Source: Takakia lepidozioides
Lineage: Eukaryota; Plantae; Bryophyta
Assembly (NCBI GenBank): GCA_030704615.1
Contig: CM060733.1
Location: forward strand, 20,956,001-21,020,000
Direction of reading: 5' to 3'
Length of the DNA: 64,000 bases
The notes below the pieces were generated by a model that saw nothing but the letters and a program-made list of their open reading frames with translations, was not told the DNA's origin and did no database searches. The position numbers were made by a program, and so were the translations under genes. Positions 14,531 to 25,791 of the stretch are shown piece after piece (position 1 is the first letter of the stretch; every line of letters starts with the position of its first letter).

Positions 14531-14828
14531 GCCTGTGCTGGTCTGTGGTGGCCCGTGTTGACCTGTGGACGGCCTGTGCTGAGTCGTGGAGGCACTGGTG
14601 GACTGCCTAAGGACTGGCATGTGGTCTTGAAGGCCAAATTTTGAAGCTCGTGGAGGGCGGTTTGAGGAGTATCTTCATGATATTCCCATGGTCATGCAAG
14701 TACAGGTGTAGGCTATGTTAGGAACTTAGTATTCCAAACCATAAGCCGCAACAGGTTCTCTACCCGGTTACCTTGTGGAGAGGGGGTTAGGGACATGTTC
14801 ATGACCGGTTGAATGTCAACACGGAGGT

Positions 14829-16500
14829 GCCACTAGTTGCTAGGGACAGTGCCGGTTCGAGCACTAGCGATACTAGTGGGTACACGAGACGAGGTGTGCG
14901 GTTTAGGCCACCTTCACCTCCTGTGTCTTCTACGGAAGGTTCTGATTCGGATTGTGAATCAGGATGACTCATACCGGCGGTGCAAGTTGTTTCTTTGCCA
15001 TTGTTGTGGGACACAATGGAGGAGATGTATGCAGCTACCAAGGGGCCACGAAGGTACTCTGGGGCGGTGGGCACCATCGAGTTGGATGATTTTATCCAAG
15101 AGTTTGATAATTGGTGTGATTTGCAGCAAATGCGCAATCCACAACTATTTACGCCGTTCATGGCATGGAAAGGGCTGTTTCAGCACCTTGAGGGGCCGCC
15201 TATGGATGATTACCATGAGTTCAGGCGGGGCATGAGGTTGAGATCGAGGAGTGGAGGATGTACTGGTCACCCGACTATGTCTCCATCACTAGGGGCACTA
15301 GAGCCACGAGGGCAGTGGCTACACCTGCCGCTGCACCGGCAGCTTCAGCAAGTAGGGACTAGTGGGACTGGTGGTACAGTAGCTATGACGTCCACCCAAG
15401 CACTACCGCACCAGCACTAGTACCCGTGCCTGCCTTCAACCCTGTTGTGGAGTTCTTCGAAAAGTTGAGAGGGAACTACCAAGGGGTGAGGACAGAGAAG
15501 TTGCGGAGCTTGCAAGAGTTCCAACGGAAGCCGACCGAGAGCTTGAGGGAGGCTTTCACTCGCATGAGGCGCTTGATAAATGTAACCCAAGGGGTTACGG
15601 AAGCTCAGGCAGTCCAATTCTGGTATGGGATATTGGACAAGGAGCTGAGGAGAAGGGTGCGGGATGCAACTCTCCTACAAGCGGCCCAACCCACCTTAGC
15701 AAATGTGTTTTTGCTGGCAGAGCGGATAGAGCTCAACATGGTGGAGGAACGAGTGGTCATGGTGGGATTTGCTAAGGAGACACCACGGGGTAGTGGTGCT
15801 CCTAGCCAACCACTACCTCAACGTGCTCAAGGCAACAAGGGGGCTCAGGTGAAGCTCAGGGAAGGGCAGAGAGGACCTCAGATGCAGGGGTCTCTCCTTT
15901 CATTTGCTGGCAACAACGGGCGGATGTGGTGTGCTGGACATGTGGAGGACCCCATGTCAAGAAGGATTGCCCAGAGGGAGGCAAAGGCCGGCACATGCAC
16001 AGCCTGCACAGTTGCAGTGTGGGCATTGTGGCAAGCACGGGCATGGAGAGGCCCAGTGTTATGGTTTGCATCCTGAGTTGCGCCCAGGCCAGTTCCAAGG
16101 AACAATGGTGGCCGGGGGCGAGGTGGAGCAGCCAGAGAGGACGAGGTGGCCAGCCACAAGGTGCAGGCCAAGGGCAAGCTCAACATGGCCAAGGACGCGG
16201 AGGTCAGGGTTGACCAAGGCATGGCCAACCGGCTTCAGCAGCTAGAGCAGAGGCTCGCTGCCATGGCTACAGCTCAGGTGGTACCGGCTCTAAGGCCGGA
16301 TGGTCCACCTCCTGCTCCTGAGGGAGGAGATATGGGAGGCATGGATTCATGTGTGGAGCAGCACTACCACTAGTGCAGGTGGAGTCTGCTGCAGCGTGAC
16401 TCGAGGAGCAGCACGAGTTCCTGAGCCACGAGTGCAGAGGTGGAGTTGGATCCACACGTGGGGAGGCAAGCCGTCAGGCTAGGCTTCCTCAGTCATTCAC
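14829..16500 (+). pseudogene. Gag region (frameshifted) with two zinc knuckles
   Basis: Retrotrans-gag-like EKLRSLQEFQRKPTESLREAFTRM; knuckles CWTCGGPHVKKDC and CGHCGKHGHGEAQC; homologous to 48855-50260 and 62423-63470. Confidence 0.85.
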
Positions 16501-16899
16501 ATTGGCGGAGACAGTGTCGACGCCATCCATGGCACCTAGTTCTCGCCCGACTGTTACCGAGGCGGAGGTTACTATGCCATTGGGGAGAGCTACACGGGTA
16601 GCACCACTACCTAGTGTTGCCAAAGCTACGGCAGCTAGTGTGCTGCTAGGAGCGGCCACATCTGTGTGCCAGGCTCCATTGTTCTCGGCTACCATGATTG
16701 CGACGCCGGGGTAAAACCAGCTGAGTGTTCAGGCTGGCAGCTACACTCTGTGAGAGTGGGGAGGTTACTTCATCTTCTGCGGAGATAGTGGGAGGTGTAG
16801 TGCCGGAGGGATCCTCGGATTTGAGGGTCAAGACTGCCACGGCGGCGCCATGCAAGCTGCAGCTGCAGGTTGATGGAGCTGCCAGCTAGGCCAGCCATT

Positions 16900-17268
16900 G
16901 AGCGCGCCATGGTGACACCTGGAGTTGTCATGTTAGACAACCAGGATGGCATTTTCTGTTTGAGTGGACCGGCAGGCAAGAGGTACCTGCCACTGCGGTC
17001 TTGTTGGACTCGGGAGCTCAGCCATTGATGCTGGGCAGAGCTGCTATTGCAGGCTTGGGCCTCACGGAGGCGGATATGGAGCCTTGTCCTTTCCAGATAC
17101 AGACGTCTCTGGAGGATCGGAGCAGGCTCGGGGCATGACACGGCGCGAGTTGGCTATCAGACTACGGCCGGATCATCCTACAGATGGCTCAGTGATGCGA
17201 GCCAAGGCCATTGTGACAGACGCGTCTCATACGATGTCCTGGTTGGTGGGGCAGTGTTGTACCCCATG
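16900..17268 (+). pseudogene. Aspartic protease region
   Basis: VLLDSGAQP catalytic motif (GAC at 17007); clearer in the copy at ~51030. Confidence 0.85.
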
Positions 17269-17579
17269 TGTCTCACAAGCTTCAAGTCATAGGCTTTGAT
17301 GCTTTGGAGCTTCGGCTGGGATAACCCCCCTTTGGAACCCTCCACCGATTTGGAACTTCCTTTGGTAGCAGTTCCTCTTTAGTCAGCAACGGGTTTGCAG
17401 GGGTATATATACTTCTGTAGTCTCAGGGTCGGTGATGCGCGGTCCTCACCACGTGACCGTGATGAGTCCCAAGGAGATGGTGAGGCCAGGTCAAGCTACC
17501 ACCACCCCTTGTGCGACCTAGTGAGCGCCGAGTGCACTCAAGCAGCCCCCATACCTAACCACAGGGGCAATGCCCGAGG
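17269..17579. mobile_element. 311-bp nested insertion (solo-LTR-like) interrupting pol
   Basis: Absent from the paralog (gtaccccatgggcttc at ~51283); flanked by duplicated CATG; begins TGTCTC and ends GAGG(CA); internal TATATATA. Confidence 0.7.
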
Positions 17580-17722
17580 CATGGGCTTCACCCTGGCAGC
17601 TTCCTATAGGCCTGCATGCAGCTCCCTGTGACGTTCATAGGAGGAGTTGCGGTTGCCCCAGCAAGGCAAGATGCCGACACTAGCAGCATTCACAGCGGCA
17701 GTGAGTTGGCCTAGAGAGTTGC

Positions 17723-19237
17723 TTGAGGGCAACGCTCATTCAGAGGATGTGCCACCTCCGGGAGAGCAGGATGACATGTATGGTATGGCGGAGTTGCCTA
17801 CCATGGTTGCTCAGACTCCATTGTAGGGCACGAGCAAGGATTTGCAGCCGGATGCTGATCGACGGGTGCAACAAGCCTGGGTGGAGGCTTTTGTACCGTC
17901 AGGAGAGGAGGAGAGTGTGGGGATTGCACCAGGACACCTCAATTGTCTCCATTGGACACCACACCTATTGTGTAGCAGTAGATAAAGGCATTTGTCTTCT
18001 GGACTTGTTTGGCGGGATCAGCACCGGATTGACTGCTGTGTTACAGGCAGGTGTACGAGTTCGACGTTACTTGTATGTGGAGAGGGATGACACTGCACGA
18101 CGCGTTTCACTTCGCCATGTTACTCAGTTGGTGCAGCGGTACCCTGAGTTGTTGTCGGTGTCTGCAATTCGTGGATATCAGCAGGCCTTGCCAGCAGACA
18201 TTTCGTTGCTGGGGGCGCAGGATTTGGAGCAGGTCGGCTCCATTGATCTGGTAGTGGCAGGTTGGCCCTGCCAAGGGCATTCATCAGCCGGGCATGGCAA
18301 TGGATTGCGAGACTCGAGGTCGGGTCTGTTTTGGGAGATGGTGCGGGTTTTGCGCCACTTGCAGCTTCATCAAGCTGTATCTCCAGCATACATCTTGGAG
18401 AATGTGCCACTGATGGGCGATTCTCGAGCCAGGGTGATGGCCAGTGTGCATCAAGTCTGGTCAGGGCTTGGGTCAGCAGTGTTGCTAGATGCAGCTATAG
18501 TGGGGTCACGGACTCATCGTCCACGGCTATGGTGGACTAACTTGATGCCACCCGCACTGCTTAAGCGTGCATTTGATGGGGTGCAGCGGCCAGCACATCT
18601 CACAGTGGATAGCATTCTGGACACAGGGAGGCAGTCTCAGCGTGTGAGACACGATGACCGTTCGCCTTTGGCAGTGGTCAACGAGGTGGGTCAACCACGA
18701 GCAGCATTACCTACACTGCTCAGCTTCCCAGGATCGCATGCTTTCCGGGATAGTGGACTTGGCCTCCTGTGGGATGCTCAGTTGCAGCAGTTAGTGGAGC
18801 CTAATGCTGACGAGCATGAGCGGGCAATGGGTTTTACCACTGGTACCACGGCGGTGTCGTCTCTTTCTGAGGCATCACATCGTCAAGTGTTGGGGCAAGC
18901 AATGGATCTCAATTGCTTGACCTGGATTATCAGCTTGGCTCTGGCTGAGCAACGCAGAGTGCGGAGTACACTTCCCTCGATGGTCTCTCTGCCTACCGAG
19001 ACGGTACAGGCAGTGAGTGAGGGCGAGCATGTGAGGACCACGGGGTGCATGCATCCATGGCACACGTGGGAGGTGCTCAAGGTTCAGAGGGAGCTGGCAG
19101 CCAAGGCGGCTGTGATGGATGAGGTTGGGGATTCTTCCCGGGTTGAGGAGGTCCTCAAGGATGAGATGATGGGGCAGGATGAGGCCTTGTCATTGACTGA
19201 GCAGGCAGGGAGTACTGCTCAAGAGGTTGCAACATAA
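17723..19237 (+). CDS. C5 DNA-cytosine methyltransferase domain (~17990-18940) within the retrotransposon polyprotein
   Basis: Motifs in canonical order: I LDLFGGIS, II YVERD, IV AGWPCQG (catalytic Cys), VI LENV, VIII HRPRLWW, IX ERAMGF, X LGQAM. Same frame as RT, separated by one TAA. Confidence 0.92.
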   Translation: MRATLIQRMCHLRESRMTCMVWRSCLPWLLRLHCRARARICSRMLIDGCNKPGWRLLYRQERRRVWGLHQDTSIVSIGHHTYCVAVDKGICLLDLFGGISTGLTAVLQAGVRVRRYLYVERDDTARRVSLRHVTQLVQRYPELLSVSAIRGYQQALPADISLLGAQDLEQVGSIDLVVAGWPCQGHSSAGHGNGLRDSRSGLFWEMVRVLRHLQLHQAVSPAYILENVPLMGDSRARVMASVHQVWSGLGSAVLLDAAIVGSRTHRPRLWWTNLMPPALLKRAFDGVQRPAHLTVDSILDTGRQSQRVRHDDRSPLAVVNEVGQPRAALPTLLSFPGSHAFRDSGLGLLWDAQLQQLVEPNADEHERAMGFTTGTTAVSSLSEASHRQVLGQAMDLNCLTWIISLALAEQRRVRSTLPSMVSLPTETVQAVSEGEHVRTTGCMHPWHTWEVLKVQRELAAKAAVMDEVGDSSRVEEVLKDEMMGQDEALSLTEQAGSTAQEVAT

Positions 19238-20700
19238 CAACCACTGGACGCGTCCTCTACCTCTAAGCCCACTGAACTTAAGGTTGCAGTTACGGAGGAC
19301 AATTGGGAGCCTGACATTGGACCCATTGTCACCGGAGGAGAGAGACGACGTATACGGCGGTTCCTGAGGGCTTACAAGAATTGCTTTGCCTTCAGTTTGA
19401 AGGACTTGGGAGCACTAAAGGGTCAAGAGATCCGTATTGAGTTGGCCACTGACACGCCAATCTTTCGGAGACCCTATAGATACAGTGACATGGAGAGGTC
19501 TTTGATTCAGATGAGGACTCAAGATCTTTGGGAGGCAGGTTTGGTAGAGCTCTCTGGTGGAGAGTATGCTTCAGCCATAGTGATGCCAGCCAAGAAGGAT
19601 GTCTATGGCAATTGGACGGAGAGACGTATGTGCGGTGATTACCGGCCTGTAAATCGTCAGACCAAGTCCGATAAGTATGCCATGCCAACACTAGAGGAGA
19701 TCTTTGATGCCATCGGGCATGCTAAGGCCTTTAGCACTTTGGATTTACGATCCGGATATCACCAGTTGCCAATCAAAGAGGCGGACAAGCAGAAGACGGC
19801 ATTATGGGGGATCAATGAGCACGGCAAGGATTGCCTATATCAGTGGAGGTTCTTACCATTTGGGCTTAAGAATGCTCCTGCAGAGTTTCAGAGAGTCATG
19901 GATAGGATTCTAGCAGGGGTAGACTTTGCTCGGTGCTACATAGATGACATCATCATCTTTAGTGTTACGAAAGAGGAGCATGAGAGACACCTTCAGGTGG
20001 TATTGAAGCGCTTGAGAGCGCACGGATTGAAGTTGCATCCGGGGAAGTGCAAGTTTTTCCACAACCAGATTGAGTATCTGGGTCACATGATATATCCTGG
20101 AGGATTGGGGGTACAGTAGACTAAGGTAGAGGCCATTGCACAAATTCCACGCCCCACGGATGTGAGCCGAGTTCGAGATTTCATGGGGTTGGCAAACTAT
20201 TATAGACGGTTTGTCAAGGGATTTAGTACCATTGCAAAGGTTCTAACCAAGCTGACCAAGGTGGACCAGGAGTGGCAGTGGGAAGATGAGCAGGAACGAG
20301 CTTTTCAAGAGCTCAAGGCAAGATTGACCTCGGCGCCTATCCTGAGGCGACCTATCAGGGGGCGTCCTTTTCAGCTGCATACGGATTGGAGCATGCTGGG
20401 GCTTGGAGCGGTGCTCACACAGGTGGATGATGAGGGAAGAGAGTTTGTAGTGGCTTATGCTAGCCGCTCGAACAACGCTGCAGAGGCTAAGTACAGCAGA
20501 CAAGCTTACGGGGAAGCTTGCACAGTGGGCACTCATACTCCAAGAGTATGACTTTCAGGTTTTGCATCGACCGGGTTTGGTCAATCGGGATGCGGATGGA
20601 TTGAGTCGCAATCCATGCATGAGCCAGCAGGATGACACTGGAGCTCGGTGGCATGGTGAGACGGACAAGAAGATGGTGCCGGGATGACACACATCTGTAT
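19238..20700 (+). pseudogene. Reverse transcriptase and RNase H
   Basis: RMCGDYR, LDLRSGYHQ, LPFGLKNAP, CYIDDI, YLGH; in-frame TAG at 20117; RH LHTDWS with an internal deletion near 20497 relative to the 46100-46240 copy. Confidence 0.93.
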
Positions 20701-20702
20701 TT

Positions 20703-22253
20703 TTGTGTATCTTGGCATCGGGAGGTCAGGTTGGACTTACTACAGGGATGACTGTAGACGGAGTGTCTGAGGACCCTGAGGCTAGTGATGAGCCAGGTGG
20801 TGCCAGAGATATACATGAGGATTCGGCTGTGTTGGACTATCTCCGCACGGGAGACACGACAGCCACTGTGACTGCCAGGGAGAGGGATCGGATCCTGCAA
20901 CGAGCCAAGAGGTTCAAGTGGGAGGGGATACACTTACTTCGAGTGTGGGAGGATGGTCGGGTGAGGATTGTGCCTCACCCCACACAGCGTGCACGGTTAG
21001 TGCGGCATGCCCATGAGGAGTTGGGGCATTTTGGAGTGCGACGCACTCACAGTTTACTGCAGGGGCAGTATTGGTGGCGTGGTATGCATACAGAGGTGCA
21101 ACATGTCGTGGCTAGGTGCATGGTGTGTGACAGGGTGCGTGCTTCATTCAACGCCCCTACACCACAGTTGCATCCTTTATCAATCATGGGATTGGGCTAC
21201 AGGTGGAGTCTTGACTTCGCAGGACCGTTGCCACTTACTATGCGCCACCACAAATATGTGTTGGTGATGGTGGAGCACTTCTCCAAGTGGATTGAGTTGG
21301 TTCCATTGCCTAACAAGGCTAGTGAGGGGGCTACGTATGCATTCTTGGATCGTGTGCTTAGCCGATTTGGTGCTCCAGCTGAGGTACTCACGGACCAAGG
21401 GAGAGAGTTCTTGGGGGAGTTTCAGGCTTTGTGTGATAAAACCTTGATAGACCACCGCACCACTTCTCGGGATCATCCTGAGGCCGATGGCTTGGCAGAG
21501 AGAGTTGTTCAGACGGTGAAGAGGGGTTTGCGCAAGTATGGCTTGCAGAAGGGACACCTAGGAGATTGGGATCTTCAGGTTCCTTGGTTAGCCATGGGCT
21601 ACAGGTTCAGCAAACAAGCATCACTTGCCTCTTTCTCACCATATTTCCTTCTCTTTGGCCGAGAGCCGGATTTGCCTGCAGCCATTCGTAGGGACACTGC
21701 TCAAGTCCTTAACCTTGACGATCTGGACGTGTGGGTACGTGCATGTGATCAGCGTGCAGAGTTGTTCAAGAAAGTCATGCCCATGGCTTTTGAGAACCTT
21801 GCCATTGCACAACACTGTGATACGTTGAGGTATGTCACTATACGTGGTGGAGGATATCGTCCTGGGGTTCGGAGGTTTAGCCCTGGTGACTATGTTTATT
21901 TGCAGCAGACTGCTCCTACGACTCTGGATGTTACTGCAGGGCGTGTTATTCTGAGGGTTCAAGAGGTGTTGCCCTCAGGAGTCCTGATCTTGGAGGGTGG
22001 GAATGGCATGACTTGGAAGGACCATGTGCGTAATTGTGCGCCATGTCACCTTCCCAATGTCGATGACAGAGTTGACCCAAACTTGGCAGTGGTACCTGCA
22101 GGTTTGAGGTGCATGCTCTGTGGGTCTGCCAAAGGGGCAGCCACCATGCTGGTGTGTGATCGATGCTCAAGGGGTTGGCATATGGGATGTTTGACACCAC
22201 CTCTTGAGAAGGTTCCTGACGGAGATTGGTTGTGTCCACACTGCTTGGGATAG
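20703..22253 (+). CDS. DDE integrase with C-terminal PHD finger (22110-22244)
   Basis: HHCC (HEELGH...CMVC); SLDFAG, LTDQG, GLAER; C4HC3 PHD CMLC...CDRC...HMGC...WLCPHC. Confidence 0.95.
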   Translation: MCILASGGQVGLTTGMTVDGVSEDPEASDEPGGARDIHEDSAVLDYLRTGDTTATVTARERDRILQRAKRFKWEGIHLLRVWEDGRVRIVPHPTQRARLVRHAHEELGHFGVRRTHSLLQGQYWWRGMHTEVQHVVARCMVCDRVRASFNAPTPQLHPLSIMGLGYRWSLDFAGPLPLTMRHHKYVLVMVEHFSKWIELVPLPNKASEGATYAFLDRVLSRFGAPAEVLTDQGREFLGEFQALCDKTLIDHRTTSRDHPEADGLAERVVQTVKRGLRKYGLQKGHLGDWDLQVPWLAMGYRFSKQASLASFSPYFLLFGREPDLPAAIRRDTAQVLNLDDLDVWVRACDQRAELFKKVMPMAFENLAIAQHCDTLRYVTIRGGGYRPGVRRFSPGDYVYLQQTAPTTLDVTAGRVILRVQEVLPSGVLILEGGNGMTWKDHVRNCAPCHLPNVDDRVDPNLAVVPAGLRCMLCGSAKGAATMLVCDRCSRGWHMGCLTPPLEKVPDGDWLCPHCLG

Positions 22254-22502
22254 TGGCAGTGGACATGACTGGAGGCAGCTAACAAGACATGGGAGGCCAA
22301 GCTCATAGGAATCAATACATGAGATCCCAAGCTCAAGTTCACAGGTTGCAAGACGGCAACTAACGATGGGGCAACTCTTGCACCCGGCCTCTTGATCTAT
22401 CGAGTTTGAGTGTAGTAGGGATAGTGGTGGAAGACTTAGTGAGGCTATGGTCACTATTACATCTTGTGGCTACCTGGACTTAGATGGACCTAAACACCAG
22501 CT

Positions 22503-22512
22503 AAGGGGGCGA
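22503..22512 (+). promoter_or_regulatory. Polypurine tract
   Basis: AAGGGGGCGA immediately before repeat B1. Confidence 0.75.
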
Positions 22513-23192
22513 TTGTGTGGACTAGTAACTGCCATAGTGGGCAGCATAGTGGCAGCCTAGTGACTGACTAGTTGTAGCCTAGTGGTTGGACTAGTGGGTG
22601 GACTAGTGATGGACTAGTGATATACTAGTGTGTGGCATGCACATGTGTTGTGTGATTTTGGACAACGATGTAATTGTGTAGCGATATGTATGCGCACGAC
22701 AGCTGTCAAGTTATTTTACCACTAGTGTGAAACTAGCTAGGAAATAGCTAGCTTTTACATATTGACATTTGGGATTGGCCCAAGTGTCAATCCAGGGATC
22801 AATGCAGATTTAGGCCCTGGAGTGGTTATCTTCACGGCAAGCGCGGGAGGCTCATCTTTCTCGAGTTGAGCCTCACCGCGCCTAGTTATGGCGCCGTAGT
22901 GTGGATTCCCCATGGCGTGGGGTGCACTTGGCTTGACTTGTATTTGAGTGATGAGTTTATGCTTCAGCTCATGAGCTTGTACTTGTATTCTTCATCTTTA
23001 TCATTGTGTGGACTAGTAACTGTCATAGTGGGCAGCATAGTGGCAGCCTAGTGACTGACTAGTTGTAGCCTAGTGGTTGGACTAGTGGGTGGACTAGTGA
23101 TGGACTAGTGATATACTAGTGTGTGGCGTGCACATGTGTTGTGTGGTTTTGGACAGTGATGTAGTTGTGTAGCGATATGTATGCGCATGACA
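22513..23192 (+). repeat. Right-end repeat block B1 (22513-22701)-GC-A2 (22704-23003)-B2 (23004-23192)
   Basis: B1 and B2 are both 189 bp with 7 differences by eye, all transitions; the B1/A2 junction is the palindrome GACAGCTGTC. Confidence 0.95.
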
Positions 23193-25531
23193 ACGGGAAG
23201 CCAACAGAGCTAGAAAAACTCATATGCTTTTGTGGTACTATTATGCAAGTTTGTTACTCATACTAGTGTGCTTTTGTGATTTGTGTAATAATCTGTTGGT
23301 TTGTGCACCCCTCCTCCTGATAAAACAAATGAGGATGTCTTACTATTTTTCAAGCTTGATAATTCAGAAAATGAGGAGTTGTACTGGTAATTTTCTTGAT
23401 CGTCCTCTTGCTTTAATTGTTGAAGAGGAAAAGAAAGAGAAAGAAGTGAAATTTAACACGTATAAATTCACATGGCATACAATTCTACTTACAGCCCATC
23501 AAAGGTCCAATGGACATAGGTTGAGGAAAAGTCATAGTCCTAGTTTGTAACCATATACTATACAGTCAACACGTGGAATGCTTTGAATAAGCCTTATCTG
23601 TGGAGATTATATAATATATAGTCCGAACAATTTGTAGATGTCATTCATCCCAAATAGCACACCAGAAGAGCAGCCAGATTAAGGTGTCGTTGACGACACC
23701 TTAATCTAGCACATTCGGGGAAAAAAAAGAAAAAAAAAAAGAAAAAAAAATGTTTTGCTTTTTTTTTTGAAAAACTTACAAACAGATTTTGAATTGTCAT
23801 GTTATGCGGAGGCTGCAGCGGGCGATTTAGTCTCATCTCATCTCCCCCTCCTGTGTTTTACAACAGAGATGGTTTTCTGTAGAGCAGGGCTAGTGTCTTC
23901 ATAGACAGTTGTGCCTTCGTTTTGGACACTGATTCCAGTAGCAGTGGATATTCTTCGTCGCAATGAATCGACTATTTTCAAACGATTTTTATTATAGTAC
24001 CAAATGGCCTCTCCACCTTCTTTGCAATTGGGTGTGAGCGTCTCTCTTGACTTAGGATACTTGGTAAAAGGACAACCACAACCCTTCTCAGTTGGCACAG
24101 GTTCACTCTGGAGTTCAGAGGATTTGGATTGCATGTTATACTGGACGTTACCCACAGTAATAGGTCCTCTAAGCCGAATAGGTGTCCGCGGTTATAGGTG
24201 AGCGGACACCTTTAACAATCCCCCTTTGTATGGGAAAATTGGTGGGTCAAAAAGACCATCCATTATAATTGACCCCAAATCTGCCTCAAATGTGTCCAAT
24301 TTTCATTACAATGTGAATTCTTTTGGTCATATTGTTCCTTGCGTGGAAAATCACTACAACATAAAAATTGAAGCATTCTAACCTATCTATGTGCATAGAT
24401 GAATTTTCTAACCTATCTATATGCAAATTGAATTTTTATTGGTACAGCCACCCATATCCTCCCACGTCGGTAGATCAAAGCTATTGGAGGGCCCTGAATT
24501 GGGTACTGCTGCACACTTAAAAAAAATTACTGACGGCAGAGCTTTTATTATTTTAGGGTGCCATAAAGACAGACGTCACGGCGCACAACTTTCAATCAGA
24601 AAGTTTTTTCATCCGAGGTCATCCAACGATTTGCCATCGTTGCAAATCGATTTCTAATTTCTGACACGACCCGAAACGGGTCTCGTCGTACATTAGGGGT
24701 TAAGTTTCATTCAAATGTCAAACTACAAAAAAACTAGCCAATTCACACATTGTCTATGACCATCTAGAACTAGTCAACTGATTGTTTTATGGATCATAAA
24801 TTATTATTAGAATATTACTCTATTGTCCAAAAGATTAGAAGATGAAAATGTCATATGACTACGTATGTGAAATGTGCTTCTGTTGGCATGTTGCGAGTTT
24901 ATAAGTACTACAAATCTAGATATTAGTAAATAGAACAAAAACGGGTCAGTTCACCACATATTTATCCACTAGTCACAATGACAATAAGTTTTAATGTTGG
25001 ATATACGCCCATTCAATCCCATATGAATTACCTATTTGGAAGACAACTACTTCATCTCCTTCTATACGCAAATGAGGGGCATCGTAATCTTTCGCACAAC
25101 GCCTAGAAAAAAGTTGTGTAATGACCAAACTTGGTCTATTTAAGAATCAAGTCATTTACCTCAGCCCAAGGTGGACAGCACCCTGGCTGCCCTTCAGCTA
25201 GTAAATGGAGTTGGATGCTCAGGTCAGCAAGTTCAAAAGCAAAAATAGCATCTAACTCTTTGGAATTGGATGGATCATGAACTTGTGCAGGAGCATGTTG
25301 CACTGGACGGGTGTCATCCCCTGTGTAATGTATAGGGATGGGGCGCAAGACACGCATGAATGAGAGCTCCGAATGCAAGGCATCATTGTCAATGGCTGAT
25401 ACAGAAACCTGTTGAAAGTATTTTGCATGCACCACAGAAAGAGACAAAGCAACACCTTTCTGAAATGGATTCACATAGCATGAGAAGACACTTGGTTTTG
25501 TGAAGTCAAAGTGGGGTTGTTAGAAACTCAC

Positions 25532-25791
25532 ATAAGGTCAAAATGTGAGAGATTGGTGGCCGCTGGAAATCTTCCACTCAAGAAATTGTTTGATAAGTTT
25601 CTGGATCAATCAGATGAATTTGCATCAGAACAAAAGATCCTATAGACTCTGCTCTCAAATCTGTCTTGTCTCTCTTTATCCAGTCCACTATGGAGTTAGG
25701 CTTCACTGATGGTACTCACATGGATGTGAATTTCGTGCTATTGAGAAGAGATGATGGGATCCTGCCAAATAGTATGTTGTCACGCAAATCC
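25532..25791 (-). pseudogene. Two LRR exons of a receptor-like protein/kinase (25720-25791, 25532-25600)
   Basis: 72-nt and 69-nt phase-2 exons with AG/GT ends encoding DLRDNILFGRIPSSLLNSTKF and NLSNNFLSGRFPAATNLSHF; no kinase domain nearby. Confidence 0.7.

Larger units (their letters stand above)
11972..23192 (+). mobile_element. Ty3/Gypsy retrotransposon, Gag-PR-DNMT-RT-RH-IN-PHD, permuted terminal repeats (A...B-A-B); decayed
   Basis: Termini TGTCA...TGACA; 4-bp TSD ACGG (11968-11971, 23193-23196); domain order PR-RT-RH-IN; PPT at 22503-22512. Confidence 0.93.

Noticed and set aside
14297-14637. Pro/Ser/Gln-rich minus-strand ORFs
   Set aside because: By-products of the GGGCTGTGA satellite.
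17723-19237. Host DRM/CMT/DNMT gene or bacterial contamination
   Set aside because: Intronless, in frame with RT, inside TSD-bounded ends and repeated in a second TE copy.
11972-23192. DIRS/PAT/Ngaro tyrosine-recombinase element (split repeats plus a methyltransferase)
   Set aside because: No tyrosine-recombinase motifs seen; it has a protease, a DDE integrase, a TSD and a C5 rather than adenine MTase.
23838-24155. 105-aa minus-strand ORF
   Set aside because: No recognisable domain or exon context.
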